A stretch of 64,000 bases of DNA from the NCBI GenBank assembly GCA_964188305.1, contig OZ076885.1; one strand, written 5' to 3'. Both the position numbers and the translations under genes were made by a program. Positions within the stretch are counted from its first letter, which is position 1. The number at the start of each line of letters is the position of its first letter. This document shows positions 36,189-49,599 of this stretch, in pieces. Source of the stretch: Podarcis bocagei (lineage: Eukaryota). The notes beneath the pieces were generated by a model. It saw nothing but the letters and a program-made list of their open reading frames with translations, did no database searches and had not been told where the DNA came from.

Positions 36189-36419
36189 CAGTGGTACCTC
36201 GGGTTAAGAACTTATTTAGTTCTGGAGGTCCGTTCTTAACCTGAAACTGTTCTTAACCTGAGGCATCACTTTAGCTAATGGGGCCTCCCGCTGCCACCGT
36301 GCGGTTTCTGTTCTCATTCTGAAGCAAAGTTCTTAACCCGAGGTACTATTTCTGGGTTAGTGAAGTCTGTTACCTGAAGCGTCTGTAACCTGAAGCGTAT
36401 GTAACCCGAGGTACCACTG
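36189..36419. mobile_element. Tc1/mariner MITE, copy 2
   Basis: Same TIRs and TA TSD as the 31468 copy. Confidence 0.92.
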
Positions 36420-37086
36420 TATTTGCCTGTGTTAAGTATAAACACAATGAACTTCACTTCAGTTAGAATTTATGTATACATCTTCCTATCATGCTGTTTC
36501 TGATTTAGGCATGTAGCTATATGCAAAGCAAATAATTGCTGGGAAACTGAGGGAATAATCTGTATGTCAAGGGATGCAGTATATATGTGTGAGATAGTTT
36601 AGCTGTCTATGTGAAAAGTTAATTCTGACTCACAGCTGTTGAAAACATCAATTTATAGCATTTACTGGGCAGCTATAAAGTATATTCCACTGTGTGAACC
36701 CAAGAAACTTCACCTCAATTATGTGTGTGTGTACATATATCTATATCTATCATATTCATATTCATCTAATGCCATTTCCAATTCAGACATGTTGCTATAG
36801 GCAAAGCATATAATTGCTGGGAAACTGAGTTAATAATCTGTATATTGGGTAGTGGTGGCAGCAATGCAAGGGATGTGGTTTTGGAAGACAAAAACCACCT
36901 ATAAAGAATTATATAGAGCTGGACAAATGTTTGTCTGTTTCATTTTCCAGGGCAAAAGCAGTGTTTTGGGGGAGCAAAAATGTTTTCTGAAAAAACTGCA
37001 AGTTCCTGCAGGGCTGCTTCAGATTACTCTTACTGCTGTATACAACACAATTAGGGGTGGGTCAGAGGGCCTATTCCCACAACCAT

Positions 37087-37585
37087 GGTCATAGGCTGTG
37101 GAAGCAGGACATAGTCTGAAGGCATTTGGTGATGCCAGCTTCTTTAAGCTAAGCAAATCTGGGTTGGGGCAGTGTGCATGGGTATCATGGACCAGCAGTC
37201 AGCTGTGCCTGAAGGTGGAGAAGGCAGAGTGGCTCCACCTGCAGCTGATCAGCCTTCAAGGACTCAGAGAGGAAGGCACTGATGAGAACCAGCTGGCTTC
37301 AGCCTTCTGAAGCAGAGCTTCCAGTAGCAGTCAGATGTTGACAATACTTGTAGTTCCTGGTCCTATCTTGCTGCTTCCTGCTGGTCTTGACCCTTGACCA
37401 TTGGATTCCCTAACCCCTGGACCATCTGACCGTGTGAATTGCTGTTCTCCCAACCCTAGGACTGGACCTGACTTCAGATGCTGACTCTGCCTCCAGGCAA
37501 GTACACCTCAGAGACTCTTCTGGTTGACTGGCCTCCCACTCCACTGAGCTGTACATTGTTGTTGCTCAGCAACGAGACTATGACA
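37087..37585 (+). mobile_element. possible degraded solo LTR
   Basis: ~500 bp bounded by GGTCATAG...CTATGACA (7/8 inverted); repeated GACC-rich motifs; no TSD seen. Confidence 0.4.
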
Positions 37586-40500
37586 GTGGGTCAGAAAACC
37601 ACATGAGAACCACATGCACACCATCTAGGCTCCTATGGCAGAAGAAAGACATAACATAAACGGAATACCTAACTGAATAGCAGCATGCGCAGGATTTCCA
37701 AGTACAGTACTTATCCCGATGGGTGCCAAAGATTCAGTGGTCATGGGAATGGGCCGCCTGTTCTCTATGAATGTGCTGTAAGCCTGAATCAGAAATGGAT
37801 GGCCTAAGATTATTATCTTGATCCTAAGAACAATGATTTTCAAACTCTTATTTGATTTGCTTTCATTGTCTGAAGTTGGCCTGCCTTTTGTGTTCCTCTG
37901 TGCATTTATCTTGAGATATGTTTTGCTTAAGTCTATGGAATTTGGGGACATTCAAGAAAGGTGTCTCTTCCCTGGGTTTTCTAGTGCACAGCCACAAATA
38001 CAGCAGCTATGCTGGAGAAAGGTGGGGCCCCTCATACCTCTGCCTTACTGCGTGAATCCAGTTGTATTGATACCACTTGCCCATGTACGTCTCTGTCAAG
38101 CAGAGAGATGAATGGAAATTCTGCACAGAGTGAAGTACCCTATAGATCGCACAGAATGGGGATTAGAAATCTACAAGTAGGGCCAGAATGCGAATTCTCT
38201 AAAATCTCAGTGCTTCCCTTAGCTAGTGGGTTTGACTTTTCCCAGTTAGTCACACATTTTAGGTTCTCTTTTTCTTTTCTTCTGTTGAAAGGGGTGTATG
38301 TGTGTGTGCTTGTGTGCGCGCTGTTCTTTTCAAACATTCTAATGTAGCAAACGTTTGGCTCTAACTAACAAACAAACTAGGCAGTGGGTCACTCGTCGCT
38401 GTGTTAGTCTTGCTCTGGTGGTTGGCGGGAGAGGGAGGACCAGGTTGCTGACACAGCTAAAATCAGACAAAACATTCTGGCTTTGTACTTCTCAAATGCC
38501 TGTTTTAGAAAATTGCTCAAGTTGTTCTTCACGCCACCACCCACCTTCTCTTTCTGGTTCTGACATTGTGTAATAATAGATAATGTTGACATATGTTCCC
38601 TGCTGGTCAGAAATACTATACTTCTGTGAAAGGTAACATTTTCAAGAAATGACAAAATGTGTTTTGCTTGGACAAGACATTAGCTATTTGACTACTCATG
38701 CAATGTGGGATATGGGGGTAAAAGGTTTACCCTTGTAAGATGTGGAAGAAAGTTTGTTGCGACAGTAAAAACAGCAGCCTTGGGTGTGTTTAGTTTTTGC
38801 CAGTTCGAGAGATCCTGGCTTCAAATCAAAACTTGTGTGTCCTCAGGAATTCAAAAGAAACATTTGCAGTATGTGTGAAGAACAGCTGTCTCTGGTACGA
38901 GTGAGAACAACTTTTCAAAATGACTATTTGAACATTTTCTCAAAGAGGGATTACAGAACATAACGACTGGCTCCCCCCCCTTCCTGCTAGCTATTTTTAT
39001 AGATTAGCATTACAATTTGGTAGCTTTTGAGAGAGAGAGAAAAAATATATATTTCCCATTAGACAAATATATCCCACAGTAAAAAAAGAGGAAGAGGCAG
39101 CTAAATCTTGCTAATCAAACATGCTCTAAAGAACCAAGCAAGCAACTGCAGGGAGATTCAATAAAAAGCAGCAAGCTTGCACAGGGGGCTGCCAGATTCT
39201 GGAAGGGGTCCTGCACTTCTAGGAGTGTACTAGCAAGGAAAATTTCACCAGGTGTAACTTCTCCCCTCACTGCAGCACTCCTGTGACCTCATCCAGAGCC
39301 AATGGAATATCCCCTTTTATTCAACATTGGAAGAAATGTAACTCTGCCATAAACAAGGGGCATTCTGCATTTTCGCCCTCTGGAGTGAAATGGGGATGGT
39401 TAAGAAAACTCTGGGCTCTTCCGCACTTTTGTTTGCCTCATGTTTTTCTTCTGTTTGTCTTGGGATTCTTAGTCATTGACCTGAGAGGTTTTTATTTTGT
39501 GCTGCTTTCCTCAGAAAAACCTGCTGCTTACTGATGAATCAGAAGAAATGTCAATCCGTAGAAAACCCGATTGATGTTTGTTCTGATTCGGCAGTAAACG
39601 GCAGGTTTCCCCAAGGAAAACGGTGGGACGAAAGAAAAACCCATTGGACCCTAGAAATCATGGGGCAAACAGAAGTGTGTGTAATCCCTAAATCTCAGGT
39701 TTGTTTTCTTAAGGACAGTCCTTGACCTTTCTTTATCTGTGTTTCTCCCTGTTCTCTGTGGGTTTCCATTGGCAGACGTCTGCCTTCAAAGGAGGAGCTT
39801 TTCTAGGCAGCTGATTTTGACCACTACCTTTGCACTCTGAAAATATCCCTGCTCACGCTCAGAGGTACTCTCCTTTAGGATTATTTTACATATTTCATTT
39901 TGCAGCCTAGCTTGCAAAATCGATTTGGGGCCTGGACGTAATGAGCCCTGCTGTTGGTTTCAGCTAGCAATTCTATTCTATGCCGTGTAGCAGAAAAAGG
40001 TCCAAGGAAGATGATATGAGGGAAGCAAGGTTGGTGTCAACCTGCTTCTCTGGGCCAGGTCTGTTTGGGAATGCCCATTAAAAGGCAACAAGTGTCATGA
40101 CATCATAATGTGTGGGGCTTTCCCCAGCCTGGCTTTGGGGAGGGTAGGGTATACTCTAAACAAAATGATGTCAAATCATGATGATGTCCCATGTTGCAGA
40201 GGAGATGCAAGAGAGCAGTAGACTTGCATCCCCCTTGTGACGTCATGTTTGAACCTGAGCAATTGGAGCCCTAGATATACATGAAGAGAGACAAACGAGG
40301 ACCATGATGGTTTGCTGTGTGCACCATGGAAATTAATAAAGGAAAGCAGAGCAAATTAATTCATTTATCCTGGCAGGAAACTAGTACTCAGGTTTCTGCC
40401 AACAGTACTCTGACTGCCTCGAAGCTGCGGCGTACGACGAAGGAAGGGCACCTTTCAAATGACCTCTGACACATTTAGATAGACATGGGAAATTTTTATT

Positions 40501-41824
40501 TGGGCCTGTTGTAGCTGAGACCACAATGGCTTCCCTCTTGTGTAGCTTTACAGCTGACCCTTTGCTAATGAATAGCCTTTCATGTTTGCTAAGCAGACAG
40601 AGTACAAGTATGGATAAAATGCATTTTCAACACCTCCCCCTCCAATCCTGAATCTTCATTACAACAGCTCTACCTGAACAACCAGGGCAGGTGTTTGGCT
40701 TTGTCAGAATGAGATTCAGGGATCCGCATCAGTTGGTTTGGCACATTACAATTGGCTGCTAGAGAAGTTGGCAGGAGGCTGTGTGTATGTTTTATGCTAC
40801 ACAGCATTGCTGTGACTCTTGCCTGAGGGAACAAGCTTGGATAAAATAAGTTTCCCTGTGAACATGAAAGGGAAGGGGCATTCTTTTCTCTTTTTTTAAT
40901 GGCTTGGTGCCTCCGAATTTGGAGAATTGGTGGAAGCAGAGCAATGTCTTGAGGTAAAGAACATTTATTTAAATACATTGTTAATTGCCAGGTGCTGGCC
41001 AGTTTTACTGTCGGTATACTTTTTTTTTCTTTGCTCAAGTTTCAGATTTAAACATTCAGAAAAAAAAATTGCAGGAGAGTATTGGAATGGAAGCTGAGAA
41101 GTTTGGTGTTGAACATTAGGAAAAGCCTCCCATGCCAGTTCATCAATCTCCTTTCACTGTGCATAGTGAAATACAGTTGCTTCAGCTTATGCAATACCTA
41201 CCCCCCGCAATAGATGAAAATATTTTATGCACTATTTCTGACTGTCAGAAATCTTGGGGAAGAGGGTTGTTCAGACATGATGTGAAGGGCCCACTGTGCT
41301 CTGCTTCCCATGTATGCATGATCCATGTTTCTCCACAGTAGGGCCAGCCCTATCATTAGGTACAGCAAGGCAGCCTCCTCCAGCAGATGATTTTGAGCAT
41401 CATGAAAGGGAAGCAAATGATAATGAATTTGAATAGGTTGATAAAAGAGATTTCCAGAGATTTGGAAAGAGGAGCACTACTTAGATTTAGTATTTGGGAT
41501 AAGTGTAATACACTTAAGGTGAATACTCCACCATGGATAATATACATACTTCATGATATTTTACTAAATATTCCACAAAAATATTTTCCAAAGATAAATG
41601 GGATACTTAGGAAGTTTATTTAAGTTAACTCTCTACTTTTTCACTTAAGAGAATGCAGCTGCCAGCATCATAAGGTTTTAATTTTCAAGACATTTGTTTA
41701 TATCATAAAACTTATCTGTTGGCACATACAAATAGTTTTGCCTCATTTGAATACCCCAGCTTGGGTAATTTTAGAGATGGTAACTCTCCACTTTGGATGA
41801 CAAGTGTTGGGGGCTATATGTATT

Positions 41825-42567
41825 GTTAAGTTTGCAGGTGTGTGTGTGTGTGGGGGGGCCTTAGGCTGAATGCCAGAGCCCCTTTCTAATTCTTGGAATA
41901 GCCAGGTTAGTTTCCAGGCGAGGTGATAGCCCAGGCCAGGGGTCAGCAATCTTTTTCAGCTGTGGGCCGGTGTACTGTCCCACAGACCATGTGGTAGGCC
42001 AGAGTATATTTTGAAAAAAATAATAATAATGAATGTATTCCTATGCCACACAAATAACCCAGAGATACATCTTAAATAAAAGCACATATTCCACTCATGT
42101 AAAAACAGCCTGGCCCCACAAATAACCCAGAGATGCATTTTAAATAAAAGGACACATTCTGCTCATGCTGATTCCCAGACCATCCGCGGGCCGGATTGAG
42201 AAGGCGATTGGGCTGCATTCGGCCCCTGGGCCTTAGGTTGCCTACCCCTGGCTCAGGCAATGGGCTATTAAAGGAACAAGGAGGTGGTTCTGTGGAAGTG
42301 GATCCTCAACTTGCTGATAGTTAGACAAAGTCCAGAGAGGAGAGTTGAGTGATGTGAGCTAGAAGCAGGAAGCAGGCAACAGACTGGGAAGCCAGAGAGC
42401 CAGAACGATATTTGATTTCTGTTTGAATCCAAGGCTATGGCTATGGGGGAAACAAGGGCCCCTTGGGGTCTTAATATTGTGAACTCCTCTATTTGTAGGC
42501 TAAGGTTGTATATATGTGTAAATAAACCATATATTGCAAAGACATCATTGGCAGAACTGGAAACCAA
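41825..42567 (+). mobile_element. possible solo-LTR-like element interrupted by a MITE
   Basis: Starts TGTTAAG; TATA-like TATTAAA near 42266; purine-rich middle; AATAAA at 42521. Ends uncertain. Confidence 0.3.
41937..42250. mobile_element. hAT-Charlie-like MITE with internal tandem duplication
   Basis: TIR CAGGGGTCAGCAA / TTGCCTACCCCTG; TSD GCCCAGGC / GCTCAGGC; internal repeat CACAAATAACCCAGAGAT...TAAATAAAAG x2. Confidence 0.85.
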
Positions 42568-45199
42568 CAATGGACTAAATGGTGAGAAACTGCCCATGTC
42601 CCCAATTCTCTGCTGGGGTGAAGGAAAAAAAGACTTTGGGATTCATGGAATGATACTGTGGGACAATATCACTTGGCATTTCATGGGGCTCAAGATTTGA
42701 TCCTGCGTTGTGCGAGACTTTGAGTGCTTGCAGCACTGAAGTGATATCTCTGGGGTCCAAGCCTAGGCAGTGTGTATGGAGGTCCTGGGCTGCTCAGACG
42801 ACAAGACCCCTTCTCCTCTTGGACTTGCTGATGTGGTTCACAGGAAAGCAGAGCAATACATTTGACACCAGCTTGGCTGCAGGAGTTGCTGGAAGAAGAT
42901 GCAATCCAATTGTCTTAGGGACTCCACTCCAGATTTGTGTAGGGTTTACTCCTTGGCCTTTTCTTGTCCCAAAGATGTCCTGCAAGGGGCAGGAATGGGG
43001 TGTGCATATTCGCTGTTGCCACCCGGACCAACAGGAGCTACACTGCTAGCAGAAGCTGCACCTGGATTGGATGTGTTAGGCTGGAATTATAAGAACATCG
43101 GGAAGCTCCTTCCACATGGTTTGCAGGCAGGGGAGTGGCAACAGCTGAGCTCATAGCATTTTCTCAGAAGCAGAACGTCTGTGGAATAAGGGTGTGCCTT
43201 TCCTGCAAAATTAAGGTGCTTTTCCACGAACTGGGTGAAACAGTCCTCAGCCCAGCTTCTTCCACTCTATATTTCCACCTTGCTTCCTCAGCATGTTTTG
43301 CTTCTCCCCTAGTAACTGTGCAGTCCCTCATGCCATGGCTAACTAAGCCATGAAATGGAGCATTAGTTCAGGAGTGTCGTCAGAACCCAATGGCTTCTGT
43401 CACCATCTGGCAAAAAAGAGAGGGGGCAGACAGGGTCTGGCATCTACAGCAGTGGGTGTTGCTTGGATCCTGGCATTTGCCCAAGAATGCTGTGTGCCGG
43501 CCTTGAGTGCGACTTCTTCCACATATGCACAGTCTTGCACATTCAGAATCCAAGCAGGTGGATTCCAATCTGCCAGTCCACGTGGGATGCTCTGTTATTA
43601 ATGCCTCTGACCTGTATTCAAGTGTGCTGTGGGATCTCGTATGAGTTTACATGCTGCTCTTCTGCATGTACAATGAAAGCCCTAATTGCAGAAGGAAGGA
43701 CTTTACTGCTGCATATAGTTTACATGCTAGAGCAGGTCAGAAGGTAACTTGAGTCATGCTAGCTTTTCTTTTAAGAAAGCAGGGTTGCCATGGTAAAGTA
43801 CAAGTGGGTAACCCAGAGCATTCTAATGCTTCTTACTGCATATTCCATTAGCCATTAGGTCTGATTGCTGCATATGGATCTTTCAGCAGGGCTGGTTGCA
43901 TAGGGAGTTGAGTAGATTATATGCACTAATTCTTATTAAACAATGATCAGATTCGCTCCCACCAGCGGGAGCATCCCTGAAGTGGAATTCTGGGGGACCT
44001 TTCCAGAACAGGGAGTGGAGAGCTGCATGGGGAGGTGAAATTGGCAAAAGTCCCCAACTGGGTTCTCCCCACTTGATCAAAGCCTTCCATCCATGCACTT
44101 CTGTATCTAGCTGCTTTGGTAAACAGGACAACTTTGACTAAACTTGCAAAAGAAGTAACTTTATTTTTTGAAATTTGGGTTTATAATGGAAACATTTCCA
44201 TTATAAAGTTTTTTTTAATGACTTGCTCTTATGATCAGTTTCATTTTCCAAAATCAATTTCATAAAACAGGGCAACAGAGAAGACCCTGACAAGTGACTA
44301 TATGGCCATTTATTGGGCTGGGTTTTTTCTTTCTTTCATAAATGGTACATTCTGAATCCTCCTTAGTGGGACACTCTTCATGTTTCCATTTTTAAAAAAG
44401 TCTTTAAGAGTTTACTTTGAAGAAAGACTTTGAAAACTTGCCAAAACCATCTTTGTATTTTGAAAGTCCACATCAAGAAAGTAAATAGTCACTGAGGGTA
44501 GGGAAAAGGAAACTATTAGCATTGTTTTCTTTTAAAGAAAAAAGAGGGGGGAAATGCAGTGTGAAACGTCATAATCTATGAAATGTGTATTTGTTATTTG
44601 AATTCACTTAAAAATAATTGTCACTAGTAAATCCATGATAGCGTGCCTGTACAGTTTAAAATACCTCTATATCTGCTGGCTACATATACTTTGTTTTTTG
44701 TTTTGTTGCATTTCTTCAAGTTTCCATGTTAAAATATTTCTATTAAATTGCTGAGCTTGAGATTTTACAAAGGCTTTCATGGGGTCTGGAAAAATCAACA
44801 ATTATTCAACTCAGTTTGTTTTTAATGTAAGGACATCTATTACCATATATTTGCATACAACACTAGTTCTTCAAAATCTCTTTTCTAGGGGCTCTGCTTC
44901 TATTTCCTATAATATGCAAAGATGAGATAGCACTCCCCCCTCTATCACACACACACTTCCTGCATTTGTAGAGAGACATAACGGGCAGGACTCATTTCCA
45001 AGGAAATCAGTGAAGTTGTTTTAGCATGGACAGCCCAAGAAAATGTTACTTTGTAAGTTGCTATGAACTGAGAAAGTGGCTGTTAGATTTCCTTTAAAAC
45101 ATGCCAAAATTCTTTTAATGTAAAAATCTTCAAGTGGGCATCAAGCTGATTAGTGATACATTCAGAAGGAAGGACCGCGAAGTTATACCAAGGTTCTGC

Positions 45200-45560
45200 T
45201 AAGGTAGAAGTCTTTCCCCCTGACTTTAGTGCTGGATACAGGACCTTTTGATAGTGTGTAATTATATGCAATCGAGTCGTTAGCTTGCTTTTTACTCTTG
45301 ATAATGCAGGTTGTACTTATGCATATATTAATCACAGTGCCATTAAGCTGTCCCATGTGTAGGGTGGTAGTATGAGTGAACTGCCTGTTCACTTTAACTT
45401 TAATAAGTTCAATACGTGTTCGGCTAAAAAGGAATCTATGCTGCGTGCACGGTGAAATATTCAGTGGGATGCAACGCAACAGACGGGTGGCCATTTTGAT
45501 GCCGCTGTGAAGTATGGAATTGAGGCACTGGAAAGTTCACAAGGTCTTCCATGCTAATGT
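45200..45560. promoter_or_regulatory. candidate conserved non-coding element
   Basis: Repeat-free; TAATTA and ATTAAT motifs; 7 CpGs within 45413-45506; YY1-like GCCATTTT. Confidence 0.35.
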
Positions 45561-45734
45561 GAAATCCTTTTGGTTTGAAGGACTGGCTAGGCACAGAAAT
45601 GTAGATTTCTACAAAGAATGGCTGGCAAATGTGTCAACGCCCATGCAGATGAATGTGTGCAAAACCCATTCTGCATGTAGTGTCTCTCTCCACATCCCCC
45701 TGGATAGGCTTTTTTTTTTTGCAATTCTGCTTTA

Positions 45735-45960
45735 CAGTGGTACCTCAGGTTAAGTACTTAATTCATTCCGGAGGTTCGTTCTTAACCTGAAACTGTTCTT
45801 AACCTGAAGCGCCACTTTAGCTAATGGGGCCTCCTGCTCCTGCCACGCCACCGGAGCCCGATTTCTGTTCTTATCCTGAAGCAAAGTTCTTAACCTGAAG
45901 CACTATTTCTGGGTTAGTGGAGTTTGTAACCTGAAGCGTATGTAACCTGAGGTACCACTG
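45735..45960. mobile_element. Tc1/mariner MITE, copy 3
   Basis: TIR CAGTGGTACCTCAGGTTA / TAACCTGAGGTACCACTG; TA TSD. Confidence 0.92.
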
Positions 45961-46574
45961 TACTTCTAAAGCAATAGAATGGCAATACCAAAATCTCCCA
46001 AGTGGATGCATATTTTGGGCTTTGTTGATAATCTCAGCATCTAATAAGAAAGCACAATCTCTCTCTCTCCTCTTTTTCTGAACCTGAAGCCCTAATCCCT
46101 AATTTCTGCTGTTTAACTTAAAATGCATTGAAAAAACATACAGGCCACAATTGCTCCATCCATGTAGTGTTCATCAGGCATTTATTTGGATTTGTTAAGC
46201 AGCTGTTTACATGAACCAATCCTGTGACACTCACGTAGTATTTCAGCAAGTTAAACACCTCTGTACTTAGTTACGGTACAAACTGACCACAGGCTGAATC
46301 AGATGAAGTTGACTGGAGCATCAGCTGATCTGCAGCATCTATGCTGAAAACATCTGGGAGTCAGTAAAAGTGGTACCCTGGAAGCAGACTTTGCTGGATC
46401 CTCCATGCACTGCTTGGAAGGAGGGTAACCATCCCTTGTGAAAAGCAGTAAGGTACAAACATATACAGAGATGGATGTCAAGGTTAATTTGTGACTTGCC
46501 TGTCATAGCAGCTGGGAATGGGCCAAGCAGAACTGTGCTCTTCTTTTTTTCTCTCTTTGCCTGATCTTATCATG

Positions 46575-46747
46575 CCTGGAACATATACATTGCACTCAGA
46601 GAATTCTGGGCACTGTAGTTTGTTAAGCGTTGATGGGAATTATACCTCTGTGAGAGATAAACTACAGAATTCTTTGAGGGAAAGAATGGACTTCAAATGT
46701 GCTTTGAAGGAATAGGGTGCTTTGATGGGATAGTGTGTATTTAGCCT
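46575..46747. mobile_element. degraded palindromic MITE (family of 23232 and 52732)
   Basis: GAATTCTGGGCACTGTAGTTTGTTAAG...AAACTACAG. Confidence 0.5.
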
Positions 46748-46856
46748 GTGACTCTAATCACTCTATCCATGCCTATACCACCCACACACCCCACAGTCAT
46801 TTGGAGTATCTTCAGGGATCTGTATTTAGCTTGCTGAGATCTTTGAATGAAGGGCA

Positions 46857-46857
<1 letters not shown>

Positions 46858-46910
<53 letters not shown>

Positions 46911-46942
46911 CAATAATAACAACAATAATAAATAATAATAAT
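46858..46942. repeat. (AAT)n/(AAC)n microsatellite
   Basis: About 16 perfect AAT units, then AAC/AAT-interrupted units. Confidence 0.97.
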
Positions 46943-48727
46943 TATTATTTATTTAATATTATTCTCTATTTACCAATAAGCCTGATGAACAGTTCTGGAG
47001 TATACTCAGTATTTTGTAACATTTTGGTTGGCTTAAGAAAAGTACTGCCCGAATGTTGGTTTCTGGAATTTTTCTTCTGGGCAAACATGGCTAGCTTTGC
47101 TTCTTTTACGTATGATTTATGAACTCACATTTTGAATTCAGCATAAATTCTCAGTCAGCAGAGCAACATGGGAGAGCAACATCATGGGATGGGTGTTTCC
47201 AGCTACTCTACCCTTTGCCCTTGGAAGCCTTTTAAGAAGCTGCTTCTGACTACAGATTTGGGCTGGTGCAGACTCAGCTGTACTACAGTTGTTTCTACGA
47301 AAGGTACAAATCCCTCTTCGCTTCTGCCCACTATCACCAATCAGCCATTGAATTATGATTTACAAAATATTCACAGTGACAAGACAGTCACTACAGTGGA
47401 CAGACTCATAGTAGACAACATTCCAGAAAGAAAAAAGAATTATGCCATAGCTGGAATTGATATAATGGCGTTTTTCAGGATGCTTTAATAGACATGAGTG
47501 ATGTTTTGGCAGGCAATTGCAATAACTCTAGATATCTGATTGCATTACTGACTACTAGCAAAGGGCGTCTCACGGGAGCATTACTTAAGGTACTTCATAT
47601 TTTTAACTTGCTGTAGCTATTTTATAACCTAACGTAATGCTATTTTCTAAGAGACACATATTAGAAAGGAAAATATACAAGAAGAAAATGTGAAACATAG
47701 GCATTGTTTCTTTGGTAAGCACTGGGAAATACTAATGACAATTTCTTTGGTTATGAGCTGCTTAAAATAACATGTAACATTTGATTTAGGCAAAATGGCT
47801 GCCACTGAACAGAGTTAGAATATATTGTAATCATGGTTTAGGCTTAGGAAAATGTTTGTTTTTCATATACTTCATTTAATTTTGAATGTTACATGAACAT
47901 TTTGGTTCTGTTAGCTTTGGGCAGAGTCCTTTTTTCATGGTCAAGATCTTATTAGAAGTCAATGGCAATCTTCTCACTCACTTGTATGTCTCTGGGTCAC
48001 ACATTGCATCTCGTGAAACCTCTAAAAACACCTCCAGGCATTTAAAACAAACTAGGAGAGGTGGCAGGAGAGGAAGCCCAATGACTTCTCTTTCCATTTC
48101 CCAGGCATGCTTACAACGACTGAGACAGAGCCCTCACATGTCTTCTGTGGTTAGGGGGTCGCACACAGAAGTTGATATGGGGTACTCACTTGTAACGAAT
48201 GCCTGTGATTCTTAAGCCTCTTCATTTTGAGCAAGATCACACTACTGAATAAATCCTGATCCTTCTCCGTTTGCCTTTTGGGTTGCTCCATAATTACATG
48301 GCTGCAAGAGCTAGAAGTTTTAAGCAAGCAGCATCAAACACCAGGAGTCCCTTTTTCACGATCAAGATCTTATTAGAAGCCAATGACAATCAGGAGTGGT
48401 GCTAATGCTAAGGTCTGGAGACTCAATAACATGGGATATTTTGCCCATAGCCCCAAAGATGCCGTTCCTGATTTTGTTCAACTTATGTGCCTTAGGGCAG
48501 GCACACAGTACGGTAACCCGGTAACTCAAGTTTAAGAAATGCTTCCTCCACAGGCAGGTTGGAAGGCGGAGTTTGCTCAGGACAATATTTTGAAAGGTGT
48601 GTCTCAGTGATGGAATGTTCAGTTAATTTCAAGGGCTCTGTAGATTTTATGAAGGTCTTCACTCTGACGAAATGTGTTTTTCGCCCTGACTACAATGGAA
48701 CAGGAATGTGGGTCTGTAATTCAGTAT

Positions 48728-48878
48728 GAATCATAGAATTGTAGAGTTGAAAGGGACCCTGAGGGTCATCTAGTCCAACCCCCTACAATGCAGGAATAGG
48801 CAGCTGCCTCACATGGTGATCAAACCTGCAACCTTGGCATCATCAGCACCACGCTCTAACCAGCTGAGCTATCCAGGC
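48728..48878 (-). mobile_element. tRNA-Ile-like-headed SINE with CR1-like tail
   Basis: Minus strand GCCTGGATAGCTCAGCTGGTTAGAGCGTGGTGCTGATGATGCCAAGGTTGCAGGTTTGATC, followed by GGTTGGACTAGATGACCCTCAGGGTCCCTTTCAACTCTACAATTCTATGATTC. Confidence 0.88.
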
Positions 48879-49390
48879 ATGTGAAGCACCAGTTGTTTGA
48901 GCTGGCCTTTCTATCAATTATGACTGTAGTTTGTGCAATCATTGTGACTTTTTTTAAAAAAAGGTACTATACACACAAAATTCAACCTGCATGTGGGCTT
49001 AGAGATTATTGATTAATGTATGTCCAGGTCCCTACAATCCTGCAACCTGCTACAATCCCTCTGACAGCTCTGTACGCCCCCACAGCTGATCACATGAGGA
49101 CTGCAGAGCAGATGAACAGAATTAAAATAGACTATTCTCTCACATGCCAGATTACAGTATAGCATTCTCTTACAGGGAAAGAGGCACTTGCTTAGAGGCA
49201 GCAGAGCATTCCGGATCTATTTTATTTATTTATATATATGCCACCCTCACACTGAAATACCAGTGATGTAAAATATATAAAAAACACTGTAAAATATCAA
49301 TAAAGCCATACATGCAAAATAAAGTGGGCAGGGGCCAGGATGGGGAATAAGCAGCATAGTAAGCAACGGGTCTAAAACCCAGAAATTTTT

Positions 49391-49599
49391 CGTTGTTTAG
49401 TCGTGTCCGGCTCTTCGTGACCCCATGGACCAGAGCAGGCCAGGCACTCCTGTCTTCCACTGCCTCCCGCAGTTTGGCCAAACTCATGCTGGTAGCTTCG
49501 AGAACCCTATCCAACCATCTCGTCCTCTGTTGTCTCCTTCTCCTTGTGCCCTCCATCTTTCCCAACATCAGGGTCTTTTCCAGGGCGTCTTCTCTTCTC
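49391..49599 (-). mobile_element. BovB (RTE) LINE 3' fragment
   Basis: Encodes RREDALEKTLMLGKMEGTRRRRQQRTRWLDRVLEATSMSLAKLREAVEDRSAWPALVHGVTKSRTRL, a typical BovB ORF C-terminus. Confidence 0.92.

Noticed and set aside
40178-40258. C/D box snoRNA (ATGATGA...CTGA)
   Set aside because: No terminal stem or recognisable rRNA guide; appears to lie in a degraded MITE with repeated TGATGTCA motifs.
46735-47122. Poly-Asn / poly-Ile ORFs
   Set aside because: Translations of the (AAT)n microsatellite.
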